Below, piece after piece: positions 9,224-23,615 of a stretch of 64,000 bases of DNA. Where the stretch lies: the NCBI GenBank assembly GCA_044229975.1, contig JBGARZ010000007.1:367796-431795 (forward strand), given 5' to 3'. The DNA is from Polyangiales bacterium (lineage in GTDB: Bacteria > Myxococcota_A > Polyangia > Polyangiales > Ga0077539). Position numbers and translations under genes: made by a program. The notes below the pieces were generated by a model. It was not told the origin of the DNA. It saw only the letters and a program-made list of their open reading frames with translations, and searched no databases. Each line of letters starts with the position of its first letter. The first letter of the stretch is position 1.

Positions 9224-10243
9224 ATGAGAGTTCAGATCGCGCAGTCGGTCGCGTCGGGCGAGCAGCTCCGGGGCTACCTCCAGTCGGTGATGCCGCAGTA
9301 CGAGCACTTCACCCGCGGGGGCAGCGCCTGTGTGGGCAACGGGCTGGCGACGGGCGTGGTGGTGAAGCCCGATGGTCCCAACGCGGTGAAGATGAGCTGG
9401 GAGATTCCCAACCTCCCGGTGAAGCTGCTGCTCACGCTGTCCATCGTCTTCACGGGCATCCTGCCGGGGCTGTTGTTGTTCGGGCTGGTGTGGATGGTCA
9501 TCAGCAGCGACGTCGAACGCCTCAAGCAGGAGGTCGCCCACGCGCTCACCAGCGGTCAGCCCATGCAGCCGGGCATGGCCATGGCCATGGCCTCGCGCCC
9601 GTCGAAGCCGGGCGGGGCGGCGCTGGCGTTCGGGATCGTCCTCGTGCTGGCGTCGCTCGCGGCGTTCGCGTTTTCGTACGACAACTTCGAGGGGGCGAAC
9701 CGCGCCGACCGCTACGCCGCCGACGCGTCGAGCAGCTACCGCTCGAACTACGGTCTGAGCCCGTCGTTCTGGTACAGCCGCGCTCGCGTGCGTCGCGAGC
9801 AGGCCACGATGTCCGCCGCCGTTGGGGTCATGGGGCTCATCGTCGCCGTCGGGCTCTTCCTGGCGCGCGGCTCGAAGGTGCGCGCGTGGGAAGCGCAGAA
9901 CGCCAACGCCGGACCGATGATGTCGATGCCGCCGCAGCAGCCGGGCTTCGGTCCGCCGCCGGGCTACGCGATGCCGCAGCCGCAGTACCCGCAACAACCG
10001 CAATACCCCCAACAGCCGCAGTACCAGATGCCGCCGCAGCAACCGCAGCAGGCGCAGCAGGGCTACGGGATGCTGCCCCAGATGCCCGGCTACGGAAGCC
10101 TTCCGCCGCAGGCTGGCTACCACCAGCCGCCGGCCCACATGATGCCGCCCCAGCAGCCGCAGCCGCCGATGTCAGGGCCCAACCCGTTCGGGCCCAACCC
10201 GCAGGGCGGTTGGCCTCCCGGTGGAGGCAATCCGCAGGGCTGA
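9224..10243 (+). CDS. Hypothetical membrane protein with P/Q/G-rich C-terminal tail
   Basis: Several hydrophobic segments; QQPQYP repeats; GC3-biased codons. Confidence 0.75.
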   Translation: MRVQIAQSVASGEQLRGYLQSVMPQYEHFTRGGSACVGNGLATGVVVKPDGPNAVKMSWEIPNLPVKLLLTLSIVFTGILPGLLLFGLVWMVISSDVERLKQEVAHALTSGQPMQPGMAMAMASRPSKPGGAALAFGIVLVLASLAAFAFSYDNFEGANRADRYAADASSSYRSNYGLSPSFWYSRARVRREQATMSAAVGVMGLIVAVGLFLARGSKVRAWEAQNANAGPMMSMPPQQPGFGPPPGYAMPQPQYPQQPQYPQQPQYQMPPQQPQQAQQGYGMLPQMPGYGSLPPQAGYHQPPAHMMPPQQPQPPMSGPNPFGPNPQGGWPPGGGNPQG

Positions 10244-10250
10244 CCCTCGC

Positions 10251-10877
10251 TCACCCCACCGGCGGCGGAGTCGCCTTGAACAGCGGCCCCGGCACCGCGA
10301 ACACCGGCCGCCCCGCGGCGTTGTTCACCAGGATCGCGAAGGCCAGGTACAGCGCGATGAGCCCGAGCACGACCGTCGCCAGCGCGATGGGCATCGCGAA
10401 GGCCGTGCTGTGCGTGAGCTCCTTCAGCACGCGGCACGCGAAGAGCACCACGATGTCGGCGAGAAACGCGAACAGCAGCTTCGAGAAGAAGCCAAACGCG
10501 TAGCTGAGCACCACGAAGATCACCAGGAACAACACGTCGACGCTGAGCACGATGCCCGGGTCGGGGACGCGGCCCTCGGCGTAGCCGGAGAGGGTCTGGT
10601 AGTTCATCAGCCAGTTGAAGGCGAAGGTGGTGAAGAGGGTTCCGCCGAGGAGGTTCTTGTTGGCGAGCGCCATGATGCCCGCGATGAACTGACACCCCGC
10701 GCCGAAGTACAGACAGTAGAACGCCGCCGTCCGAAACCCCGCGGCCGTGAGGCTGTGACCGAACGCGATGGGCAGCAGCGCCGCGCACCCCACCGCGAGC
10801 CCGAGCAGCCCCAGCGGCGTCGACTCGGCAAAGGGGTTCACGGGTGCGGCGGCAACGGCGGTCTTCGGGGTCTCCAT
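10251..10877 (-). CDS. GPR1/FUN34/YaaH (SatP-like) acetate/carboxylate channel
   Basis: AESTPLGLLGLA (cf. ANPAPLGL), GAGCQFIAGI, six hydrophobic helices; start trimmed to METPK. Confidence 0.8.
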   Translation of the reverse strand: METPKTAVAAAPVNPFAESTPLGLLGLAVGCAALLPIAFGHSLTAAGFRTAAFYCLYFGAGCQFIAGIMALANKNLLGGTLFTTFAFNWLMNYQTLSGYAEGRVPDPGIVLSVDVLFLVIFVVLSYAFGFFSKLLFAFLADIVVLFACRVLKELTHSTAFAMPIALATVVLGLIALYLAFAILVNNAAGRPVFAVPGPLFKATPPPVG

Positions 10878-10906
10878 GCCGCAGGAGGGTACACCCCAAT
10901 CGGCGA

Positions 10907-12283
10907 TCACCCGCCGAGGAAGACGTCCTGCACCCAGCCGCACGTCCCGCCGTTGCGACACGGGTGGCAGTTCTCCGGGCGCGTGTCGGTGCACGACGCG
11001 CCGCCGCCGTCGCCGTCGCTCTCGGGCGTGAGAATCGGCGCGCCCGACGTGAGCACCTCGACGAAGTCCCACAGCACGCCCTGCGCGTCGCGGTTGTGGA
11101 AGTACACCTGCACCCGGTCACCGTCGTGGAGCCACGCGCGCGTGGTGCTGTTCTGCGCCCAGTAGAGGTACGCGCCGAAGGGGTAGACGAAGAAGAAGTC
11201 TCTCTCGCGACCGTTCTCCAGGCAGCGCACCGTCGGGTGCGGCGGGTCGCGCTCGGTGCACGCGTGACCGCGCGGCAGCGTCACCGTGCGCCGCCACGAT
11301 CGCGGCGTCAGCGGGCCGCCGCTCATCGCGCCGCACGCCGTTCGGCCGCAGTCGTCGTCGCCCTCGTCGCAGCGGTTGACCGCGCCGCAGGTCGGGTTGG
11401 TCCCGCGGCACGACGTCGCGCGACCACACACCGAGCGCACCTCGTAGTCGGCGCCCGCCGGGCCGAGCGCGCACGGATGATTCGCGTCGTAGCCCGCGAA
11501 CTCCAGCGAGCCCGGGGTGACGCCGATCCAGCCCTGCATGTGGCTCGCGCCCTGGTAGGCGTAGCCCCAGTAGAACGATCCGACCGGCGCGCGCAGCGCG
11601 GGGGAGTTGTTGCTGCACGCCGCGCGTGACGGGTTGCCGCAGGTCTCCACCTCGCACCCGGTCGGCGGATCGTAATTGCCAGGGATGGTGGAGAGCCCGA
11701 CGTACGCGCCCACCGGGATGGTCTGCAACACCACGCCGCGCCGCGTGGGGCCGCGCGAGAAGACGGCGCCCGTCCCGTCGTGGTCGCCCGAGTACTGAAC
11801 CACCGGGCGCACCACGCGATAGGGGTAGTAGCCCGCGTTGACGCCGCGGGCGCTGAAGGCCTGGTCGATGCCGGAGCAGGTTCCGCCTGCGTTGCCGATG
11901 GCCGCGGTGGTGATGCAGGCCATCACCGACGGTGTCGGCGGCACGGTGATGGGGACATCGACCGCGGGGACATCTACACGCGGCTCGAAAACGTCGACAC
12001 GGGGCTCTGGAAGGTCTGCACGGGCCTCGGAAACGTCGACACGGGCCTCGGAAATGTCTGCACGGGGGTCAGAAACGTCGACACGGGCCTCAGAAATGTC
12101 TGCACGGGGGTCTGGAAGGTCTGCACGGGCGTCGAAAATGTGTACACGCCCGTCGGGGAGGTCGGCGTCAACGCTGGAGAATTCGTCGAAAGTGCCTCCG
12201 GCGTCGTCGGAGGGCGCGGTGACGGCCTCCCCGGCGCATCCGAGGGTGAAAACGATCGCGCAGAGGCAGCGGAGGGAGCGCAT
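10907..12283 (-). CDS. Cys-containing lipoprotein with 7-aa repeat linker and two possible SH3b-like domains
   Basis: Lipobox TLGC; FYWGY...QGWI and LWDFVEV...CGWVQDVFL motifs (SH3 call is inference). Confidence 0.7.
   Translation of the reverse strand: MRSLRCLCAIVFTLGCAGEAVTAPSDDAGGTFDEFSSVDADLPDGRVHIFDARADLPDPRADISEARVDVSDPRADISEARVDVSEARADLPEPRVDVFEPRVDVPAVDVPITVPPTPSVMACITTAAIGNAGGTCSGIDQAFSARGVNAGYYPYRVVRPVVQYSGDHDGTGAVFSRGPTRRGVVLQTIPVGAYVGLSTIPGNYDPPTGCEVETCGNPSRAACSNNSPALRAPVGSFYWGYAYQGASHMQGWIGVTPGSLEFAGYDANHPCALGPAGADYEVRSVCGRATSCRGTNPTCGAVNRCDEGDDDCGRTACGAMSGGPLTPRSWRRTVTLPRGHACTERDPPHPTVRCLENGRERDFFFVYPFGAYLYWAQNSTTRAWLHDGDRVQVYFHNRDAQGVLWDFVEVLTSGAPILTPESDGDGGGASCTDTRPENCHPCRNGGTCGWVQDVFLGG
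11976..12164. repeat. Intragenic 21-bp tandem repeat, about 9 units
   Basis: Units such as ACACGGGCCTCGGAAATGTCT and GCACGGGGGTCAGAAACGTCG encode ARADLPD/PRADISE/ARVDVSE. Confidence 0.8.
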
Positions 12284-12361
12284 CGCGACCGAGGAGAGCC
12301 CCGCAGGGGGCTCCCGGTCAATCGCGCGTGCTGGGAGGGATCGAAGGGAGGAGGAGAGGGA

Positions 12362-16573
<4,212 letters not shown>

Positions 16574-16780
16574 GGCCTCCTGTGCTCTCTCGCGTGGTGC
16601 AGCGCGTGCCATCACCCGATGGAAGCGGCGGACCACCCGCACCGTCAGCACACCACCGAACGACCCCCGCCTGCACGCACTTTGGTCGAACGCCAGGATG
16701 ATTCTTGAGGCCAGGTGTGCGCCGTCACCTGCGGCTCATCCGACACTCGCGGCGCTCGGGTCGCGGGCAGAGTGCGAAGT

Positions 16781-18019
16781 CTAGGGCGCCCGACGGGCGA
16801 CCTCGGCGCGCACGCGTTGGCCGTTGCTGAGGCGGTCGCTCGGGGTGACCACGACGTCGTCGGCGGCGTTGAGTCCGGAGGCCACCACGACGCGGTCGCC
16901 GAGGTCGGCCTCGACCTGCACGGTGCGCCAATGGATGGCGCCGTGTTCGACCACGGCCATGCGGGTGCCGTCGGCGTTGGTGAGCAGCGCCGTGGAGGGG
17001 ACGCTGAGCGGCGCGGCCTCTCGCTGGAGGGGCAGCGTGACCTGGGCGTACATGCCCGAGAGCAGCGCGCCGTCGGCGTTGGGGACGCGCACCTCGGTGA
17101 GCAGCGTGCGCGTGGTGGCGTCGAGGACGTGGGAGGTGCGGGTGATGGTTCCGCGGAAGGTGCGCGCGGGGAGCTCGCGGAGGCGGAGGGTGACCGCGGC
17201 GCCGTCGCGGACGGCGGAGGCATAGAGCTGGGGGACGTTGACGAAGACGCGCACGGTGTCGGTGCGCGACACGCGGAAGAGGGCCTGCGCGGCGGCGGAC
17301 CCGGCGGTGACGAGCTGACCGACCTCGACGGAGCGCTGGGTGATGGTCCCGGCGAAGGGGGCGCGCACGGTGGCGAAGGACTTGAGGTCTTGCAGGCGGC
17401 GGACGTTGGCCTCGGCGCTGGCGAGGTTGGCCTGCGCGGCCTGCACGTTGGCCTGCGTGACGTCGGACTGAGCCCTTCGCTGGGCGGTCTCCTGCTGCGT
17501 GACGACGCCCGAGGAGACGAGGCTCGCGTAGCGGGCCGACTCGGTGCGCGCGAGCTCGGCCTGCGTGCGCGCCTGCAAGAGCGCCGCGCGCGACTGCTGG
17601 ACGACCGACTGCACCTGACGGAGTTCTTGATCGATCTCGGGGGTGTCGATGACGGCGAGGACCTGGTCGGCCGTGACGGCGTCGCCGAGGTCGGCGCGGT
17701 AGGCGCGGACGTACCCGTTGGTGCGCGGGTGCACGAGGGTCTCCTGCACGGGCTGGATGGACCCTGGGAGCGTGACGCCGCCGGCCGCTTCGGCGATGGG
17801 CGCGGGGTGCACGACGATCACGCGCGCGACGGCGTCGGCCGCGCGGGCGCGGTCGGAGTGGGCGGCGGCGCGGGCGCGCAGGCGGGGCACGACGCCGACC
17901 GCGGTGGCGGCGCCGATCAGCAGGAGCGCGAAGCCGACGGTGACGCCGAGGCCGCGGGCGGTGGGTCGGTGGGGCGCGGGGTCGAAGGTGGCATCGCCGT
18001 CGTGGGCTTCATGACTCAT
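16781..18019 (-). CDS. RND efflux periplasmic adaptor subunit
   Basis: PRTNGYV, TVRAPFAGTITQRSVEVGQLV, LDATTRTLLTEV; start trimmed to MSHEAH. Confidence 0.92.
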   Translation of the reverse strand: MSHEAHDGDATFDPAPHRPTARGLGVTVGFALLLIGAATAVGVVPRLRARAAAHSDRARAADAVARVIVVHPAPIAEAAGGVTLPGSIQPVQETLVHPRTNGYVRAYRADLGDAVTADQVLAVIDTPEIDQELRQVQSVVQQSRAALLQARTQAELARTESARYASLVSSGVVTQQETAQRRAQSDVTQANVQAAQANLASAEANVRRLQDLKSFATVRAPFAGTITQRSVEVGQLVTAGSAAAQALFRVSRTDTVRVFVNVPQLYASAVRDGAAVTLRLRELPARTFRGTITRTSHVLDATTRTLLTEVRVPNADGALLSGMYAQVTLPLQREAAPLSVPSTALLTNADGTRMAVVEHGAIHWRTVQVEADLGDRVVVASGLNAADDVVVTPSDRLSNGQRVRAEVARRAP

Positions 18020-21000
18020 CGGGGGACTCCAACTCGGCGATGGGCGCCGACGGCGGGGCCTTGCGCAGCGCGCTGTACACCACCGGGACAAAGAACAACG
18101 TAGCCAGGGTGGCGAGGCACAGGCCGCCGATGACGGCGCGGCCGAGCGGGGCGTTCTGCTCGCCGCCTTCGCCGAGGCCGAGGGACATGGGGAGCATGCC
18201 GAGCACCATGGCGAGGGCGGTCATCATCACGGGTCGCAGGCGGGTGATGCCGGCGAGCCACGCGGCGGCGCGGGCGTCGTCGCCTTCGGCGCGGCGGTCG
18301 TTGGCGAAGGTGACCATGAGGATGCTGTTGGATGTGGCGACGCCGATGCTCATGATGGCGCCCATGAGGGCGGGCACCGACAGCGTGGTGTTGGAGGCGA
18401 AGAGCATCCAGACGATGCCCGCGACGGCCCCCGGCAGCGCGCCGAGGATGATGAGCGGGTCGAGCCACGACTGGAAGTTCACGACGAGCAGCAGGTAGAC
18501 GAGCAGCACCGCGAAGACGATGCCGTAGGCGAGGCCGCGGAAGCTCGACTCCATCGACTGCACCTGGCCGCGCACGGTGATGACGGTGCCGCGCGGGAGG
18601 TGGCGGCGCTCGCGGGCGATCACCCGGTCGATGGCGGCCGCGACGGAGCCGAGGTCGGCGCCCTGCACGCTCGCGAGCACGTCGTAGGTCTGGGCGACGT
18701 TGTAGTGGGTGACGTTCACGGCGAGGGCGTCGCGGCCGAGCGAGGCGAGGTTGCCGAGGGTCTGCGTGGCGCCGCCGGGCGCGGTGACGGGCGTGTTGCG
18801 GAGCGCGTCGAGGGAGTCGATGCGGTACTGCGGCGTCTGGACGGCGACGAGGTACTGCACGCCGCGGCGCGGGTCGATCCAGAAGCTGGGGGAGACGGTT
18901 CCGGAGGAGCTGAGGGAGACGAGGAGGGAGCTCGCGACGTCGCGCTCGGTGAGGCCCTGCTGGCTGGCCGCGGCGCGGTCGACGTTGACGCGCAGGGCGG
19001 GCGCGCCGACCACCTGCTGGAGGTGCACGTCGACGGCGCCGGGTACGCGGGCGATCTGGTCGCGCAGGCGGCGGGCGAGGCGGAGGTTGTCGGCGCGGTT
19101 GGCGGGCGCGCCGGTGATCTGGACGTCGATGGGCGCCGAGAGCCCGAAGTTGAGCACCTGCGTGGTGATGTCCGGCGCGAGGAAGAAGAACTCGTACGAG
19201 GGATAGTCGCGGTTGAGCCGCTCGCGGAGGTCCCGGGCGTAGCGAGCGGTCGGGCCGTGATGGTGCGGGTCGAGGGCGATCATGATCTCGCCGTCGGCGG
19301 CGGAGACCATCGACGGGTCGCCGAGCGCGAGGTTGATGCCGCTCACGGGCACCCCGACGTTGTCGATGAGCGTGGCGATCTCGCGCGGCGGGATCACCTC
19401 GCGGATGGTGTCCTCGATGCGCGAGAACTGCCGGGCGGTTTCTTCGAGGCGCATGCCGGGCGGGCAGCGGACGTGGAGCCGGAGCTGGCCCGCGTCGACG
19501 CTCGGGAAGAAGTCGCGCCCGAGGTGGGGGTAGAGCGCGAGGCAGGTCGCGACGACGAAGGCGACGAAGGTGGAGGCGACGAGGGCGCGGTGGTCGAGGG
19601 CCCAGTCGAGGTAACCACCGTAGACGCGGCGCAAGCGCTCGAAGAGGCGGTTGAAGCGCAGGTGGGCGCGCCAGAAGATGTCCTCGCGGCGGGACGAGGC
19701 GGCGCCGGTGTAGCGGTGGAGTTCCGCCCCGAGCAGGCGGTTCATCATGGTGGGGACGAGGGTTCGCGAGAGGAGGTACGAGGTCATCATCGCGAAGACC
19801 ACGGCCATCGCGAGCGGCGTGAAGAGCGAGCGAGCGGCGCCCGTGATGAACACCACGGGCACGAACACGATGCAGATGGACAGGGTCGCCACGAGGGCGG
19901 GCGTGGCGATCTGCTGGGCGCCGTCGAGGATGGCGCGCACCAGGGGCTTCTTCATCGCGATGTTGCGATGGACGTTCTCGATCTCGACGGTGGCGTCGTC
20001 GACCAGGATGCCGACGGCGAGGGAGAGGCCCCCGAGGGTCATCAGGTTGAGCGTCTGCCCGAGCGCGGCGAGCGCGAGGATGGACACCAGGATGGAGAGC
20101 GGGATGGACGTCACCACGATGAGGGTGCTGCGCCAGCTCCCGAGGAAGAGCAGGATCATCAGCGCCGTGAGGCCCGCGGCGATGAGGCCCTCGTGGAGCA
20201 CACCGTCGACCGAGGCGCGCACGAAGAGCGACTGGTCGAAGAGCAGGTCGAGCTGGTACTCCGGCGGCATGGTGGCCAGGGTCTCGGGGATGACCCGGCG
20301 CACGCGGTCGACGATGTCGAGGGTCGAAGCGCCGCCGGCCTTGAGGATGCTGAGCAGCACGCCGGGGCGGTTGTTGGTTCGCACCACGCTCGTCTGCGGG
20401 GCGTAGCCGTCGCGCACGGTGGCGACGTCGCCGAGGGTCACGGTCGCGCCGCGCACGGTCGCGACGGGCACGGCGGCGAGGTCGCGCAGGGTCTCGGGGC
20501 TGCTGTTGAGGCGGACGCTCAGCTCCTGGTTGCCGAGCTTCACGGTGCCGGACGGGAGGATGAGGTTCTGGAGCCCGATGACGGCGTTGACGTCGGCGGG
20601 CGAGAGTCCGTAGGCCTGGAGGCGCGCGGGGTCGATGTCGACCATGATCTGCCGCTGCTTGCCGCCGAAGGGGAAGGGCATCTGCGCGCCCTGCACGGTG
20701 GCGAGACCAGTGCGCAGGACGTTGGTGGTGAGGTCGAAGAGGGTCTGCTCGGGGAGGGTCTCCGAGTGCACGGCCCCCTGGATGATGGGGACGTTGGACG
20801 CGCTGTACTGCATCACCAGCGGCGGCGTGATGCCCGGAGGAAACTGCCGCAGCGCGGTCTGCGAGATGGCCGTGACCTGCGCCGTCGCGGCCTCGATGCG
20901 CGTGCCCGGGTGGAAGAACACCTTGATGATGCCGAAGCCCGCGATGGTCTGGCTCTCGATGTGCTCGATGCCGCTGACGGTGGTGGTGAGGGCGCGCTCG

Positions 21001-21200
21001 AAGTTGCCGGTGACGCGGCGCTCCATCTCCTCGGCGGGCAGACCCGGGTACTGCCAGACGACGGCGACGACGGGGATGTCGATCTCCGGGAAGATGTCCG
21101 TCGGCATCTTGGTGATGGCGAACACGCCCCCGAGGACGATGAGCATCGCCATGACGACGAAGGTGTAGGGGCGGCGCAGCGCGAGGCGGACGATCCACAT
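18009..21200 (-). CDS. RND efflux permease subunit (AcrB/CusA superfamily)
   Basis: MWIVRLALRRP, DIFPEID, GILVDDATVEIEN, TRLRPVMMT; 1063 aa. Confidence 0.96.
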   Translation of the reverse strand: MWIVRLALRRPYTFVVMAMLIVLGGVFAITKMPTDIFPEIDIPVVAVVWQYPGLPAEEMERRVTGNFERALTTTVSGIEHIESQTIAGFGIIKVFFHPGTRIEAATAQVTAISQTALRQFPPGITPPLVMQYSASNVPIIQGAVHSETLPEQTLFDLTTNVLRTGLATVQGAQMPFPFGGKQRQIMVDIDPARLQAYGLSPADVNAVIGLQNLILPSGTVKLGNQELSVRLNSSPETLRDLAAVPVATVRGATVTLGDVATVRDGYAPQTSVVRTNNRPGVLLSILKAGGASTLDIVDRVRRVIPETLATMPPEYQLDLLFDQSLFVRASVDGVLHEGLIAAGLTALMILLFLGSWRSTLIVVTSIPLSILVSILALAALGQTLNLMTLGGLSLAVGILVDDATVEIENVHRNIAMKKPLVRAILDGAQQIATPALVATLSICIVFVPVVFITGAARSLFTPLAMAVVFAMMTSYLLSRTLVPTMMNRLLGAELHRYTGAASSRREDIFWRAHLRFNRLFERLRRVYGGYLDWALDHRALVASTFVAFVVATCLALYPHLGRDFFPSVDAGQLRLHVRCPPGMRLEETARQFSRIEDTIREVIPPREIATLIDNVGVPVSGINLALGDPSMVSAADGEIMIALDPHHHGPTARYARDLRERLNRDYPSYEFFFLAPDITTQVLNFGLSAPIDVQITGAPANRADNLRLARRLRDQIARVPGAVDVHLQQVVGAPALRVNVDRAAASQQGLTERDVASSLLVSLSSSGTVSPSFWIDPRRGVQYLVAVQTPQYRIDSLDALRNTPVTAPGGATQTLGNLASLGRDALAVNVTHYNVAQTYDVLASVQGADLGSVAAAIDRVIARERRHLPRGTVITVRGQVQSMESSFRGLAYGIVFAVLLVYLLLVVNFQSWLDPLIILGALPGAVAGIVWMLFASNTTLSVPALMGAIMSIGVATSNSILMVTFANDRRAEGDDARAAAWLAGITRLRPVMMTALAMVLGMLPMSLGLGEGGEQNAPLGRAVIGGLCLATLATLFFVPVVYSALRKAPPSAPIAELESPDES

Positions 21201-21203
21201 GGG

Positions 21204-22520
21204 CTATCGGGCTCCGGGCAGGCGCCCGCTGGCGAGCAGGAGGTCGAGGCGGGCCTGGCGGGCCGAGTCTTCGGCAATGACCACGGTGGTGGCGGCGTCG
21301 CGGGCGCGGCGCTCGGCGTCGATGACTTCGAGGTTGGTGCTGACGCCCTCGCGCCACGCGGTCTGCGCGAGGGTGAGGGCCTCGTCGGAGAGGCGGGCGG
21401 CCTCGCGGGCGGCGTCGAGCGCGCGGTCTCCCTGGCGGATGGCCACCACCGCGGCGCGCACGTCGGCGTGAGCCTGGCGCAGCGTCTGATCGAGCTGCAA
21501 GCGGGCCTCGTCGGCGAGGGCGCGGCGCTCGCGCTGGGCGCCGTAGCGGAAGCCGCCGTCGTACAGGGGGATGGAGAGCACGAGCTGCGCCTGCCAGCCG
21601 GTGAGCGGCTGCGTGAGCGTGGGCGGGTTTTGGTAGAAGGGCGTCGCGACGCCGATGAGGGACGGGAGGTAGTCGACCCATCCGTCGCGAACGAGGTGAC
21701 CAGTGGCCTCGGCGCGAGCGCGGGCCGTGCGTACGTCGGGGCGCAGTGCATCCGCGTCGGCGAGCGCTCCTGCTTCAGTGGGCGCGGTGGTGGGGTCGCC
21801 TTCGGGGTCGACGTCGACCGGGCCATCCGATGCGAGCAGCACCCCGAGCGCCTCGCGAGCGCGAGCGATGGCGGTGCCCGCAGCATCGAGCTGTGCCTCG
21901 GTGGTGGCGACCTCCTGGGCGGCGCGCACCTCGTCGATGCGGTTGCCGAGGCCGCCGGCGAGGCGGGCGTGGGCGAAGTCGCGGTGGGCGCGGGCCGTCT
22001 CCAGAGCGCGGGTGAGCGTCTCCAAGGAGCGGCGCTGGGCGAGCACGGTGAGCCACGCGCGGGCCGTGGCGGCTGCGACCTGCCAGCGCGACTCCTCGGC
22101 GGTGGCGCGGGCGGTGCCGACGTTGTCGGTGGCGTGCGACCACGTCGCCCAGCGCTGCGGAACCACCAGCGGAACGGTGAGCGTCAGGTTGGCCGAGAGC
22201 TGGTCGGCGCCCGCGATGACGCGGTCGTTGAGCACGCGGTCGCTGTCGAGGCGCGTGTAGACGGCGTTGACCGCGAGCGTGGGGAGCGAGGCCGCGCGGG
22301 CCTGGGTGACGAGGGCCTCGGCGCGGCGCACTTCGGCCTGCGCGACGGCGGCCGACACGTTGCGGGCGACGGCGCGGGCGACGGCGGCGCCGAGGGACAG
22401 GCGGGGCGCCGGGGCGGGCTCGTCGGGCACCGTCTGCGCGGCGAGGGGCGTCGCGCAGAGCAGCAGGGCGAGGGCAGCGAGAGCGCCGGGGCGAGGGGTG
22501 GCTCGCGGAGGGTGTGGCAT
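21204..22520 (-). CDS. TolC-family outer membrane efflux protein
   Basis: Signal peptide; LSLGAAVARAVARN, IPLYDGG, GVSTNLEVIDAE; first gene of the RND operon; start uncertain. Confidence 0.88.
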   Translation of the reverse strand: MPHPPRATPRPGALAALALLLCATPLAAQTVPDEPAPAPRLSLGAAVARAVARNVSAAVAQAEVRRAEALVTQARAASLPTLAVNAVYTRLDSDRVLNDRVIAGADQLSANLTLTVPLVVPQRWATWSHATDNVGTARATAEESRWQVAAATARAWLTVLAQRRSLETLTRALETARAHRDFAHARLAGGLGNRIDEVRAAQEVATTEAQLDAAGTAIARAREALGVLLASDGPVDVDPEGDPTTAPTEAGALADADALRPDVRTARARAEATGHLVRDGWVDYLPSLIGVATPFYQNPPTLTQPLTGWQAQLVLSIPLYDGGFRYGAQRERRALADEARLQLDQTLRQAHADVRAAVVAIRQGDRALDAAREAARLSDEALTLAQTAWREGVSTNLEVIDAERRARDAATTVVIAEDSARQARLDLLLASGRLPGAR

Positions 22521-22529
22521 GCGCGCGGC

Positions 22530-22587
22530 TCGGGGTATAGTCCCCACTCGTTGACATCGCAATCGTTGTGGAATCAATCAATCGATG
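22530..22587. promoter_or_regulatory. Divergent tolC/marR promoter-operator region
   Basis: AT-rich patch with TTGACA at 22551-22556 and ATCA/CAAT repeats just before the marR ATG; -10 not clear. Confidence 0.4.
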
Positions 22588-23097
22588 ACCAAGCGTGACC
22601 CTGATCCCGCAGTGGTGAATGATGCGTCAGCCCCTCTCGCCGAGGAGGTGTACCGCCTCATCGGGCGCAGTCGGCGGCTGCTCTGGATGGCCTCGGCGCG
22701 GGCGTTGGAAGCGCGCGGCGACTCGGCGTTTACGTGGCAGGTGCTCTGTTATCTGGTGCACCACGGCGCGACGGTGCAGCAAGACCTCGCGATGGCGACG
22801 GCGCAGGACCCGGCGAGCATGTCGCGGCTCCTCGACGAGCTCACCGAGCGCAAGCTGGTGCGCCGCACGCCCGACCCGGCCGACCGCCGCCGCTCGCTGG
22901 TCGAGGCGACGAAGAAGGGAGAGACGTGGCACCGCTCGGCCTCGCCGACGGTCAACGCCGCGGTGGAGGACGCGATGAAGGCGCTGTCGTCGCGGCAGCG
23001 GGAGTCGCTGCGCGATCTGCTGCGGGTGCTGTTGCAGGTTCCGGCGGGGGAGGCCGCGCCCGAGGCGCCGCCGAAGCGGACGAAGCGCGCGGGCTGA
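22585..23097 (+). CDS. MarR-family transcriptional regulator
   Basis: SMSRLLDELTERKLVRRTPDPADRRRSLVEATKKG; divergent from the efflux operon. Confidence 0.92.
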   Translation: MTKRDPDPAVVNDASAPLAEEVYRLIGRSRRLLWMASARALEARGDSAFTWQVLCYLVHHGATVQQDLAMATAQDPASMSRLLDELTERKLVRRTPDPADRRRSLVEATKKGETWHRSASPTVNAAVEDAMKALSSRQRESLRDLLRVLLQVPAGEAAPEAPPKRTKRAG

Positions 23098-23165
23098 GAC
23101 CCCCCTTTCGTCAAACGGAAAGACGACCCATACAGAACAACGGCCTGAAGGGAGCCCCGACCACC

Positions 23166-23606
23166 ATGGCAGATGGACCCATCCTCGCGTGCCCGAACTG
23201 CGGGCAGAAGAACCGCATCGCCCCCGGCCGCCTCGCCGATCGCGCGCAGTGCGGCCGCTGCAAGGGCACCGTCCACGACCCCGGCGCCGTGGTGGCCGTG
23301 GACGCCCTCGATGCCCTCCTCGACGTGCTCGGGAGCGCCGACACGCCGGTGCTGGTGGACTTCTGGGCGCCCTGGTGCGGGCCCTGCCGAACGGTCGCCC
23401 CCGAGGTCGCGAAGGTCGCCGGCAACAACGCGTCGAACCTGCTGGTGCTCAAGGTGAACACCGACGTCGACCCGGCCGTGGGGCAGCGGTTCGGCATCCA
23501 GTCGATCCCGACCATGGCGGTGTTTCGCGGCGGCCGTGAGCTCGGTCGTACGTCCGGCGCGCGGCCCGCGAGCGCCATCGAGCAGTGGGTGCGGCAGACG
23601 GTCTGA
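23166..23606 (+). CDS. trxC: Thioredoxin 2 (zinc-finger thioredoxin)
   Basis: CPNC..NR..CGRC zinc finger, VDFWAPWCGPC, IQSIPT; start trimmed to MADGP. Confidence 0.9.
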   Translation: MADGPILACPNCGQKNRIAPGRLADRAQCGRCKGTVHDPGAVVAVDALDALLDVLGSADTPVLVDFWAPWCGPCRTVAPEVAKVAGNNASNLLVLKVNTDVDPAVGQRFGIQSIPTMAVFRGGRELGRTSGARPASAIEQWVRQTV

Positions 23607-23615
23607 TCGTCGCGC

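Noticed and set aside
5602..10503. 1633-aa plus-strand ORF
   Set aside because: Antisense and off-frame shadow of the real genes; R/A/G-rich with no motifs
18016..22598. 1221-aa and 1332-aa ORFs over the RND operon
   Set aside because: Alternative-frame shadows of well-supported efflux genes
22734..23165. Long N-terminal extension of trxC in the ORF track
   Set aside because: Overlaps marR; a better ATG with a GGAG RBS lies at 23166
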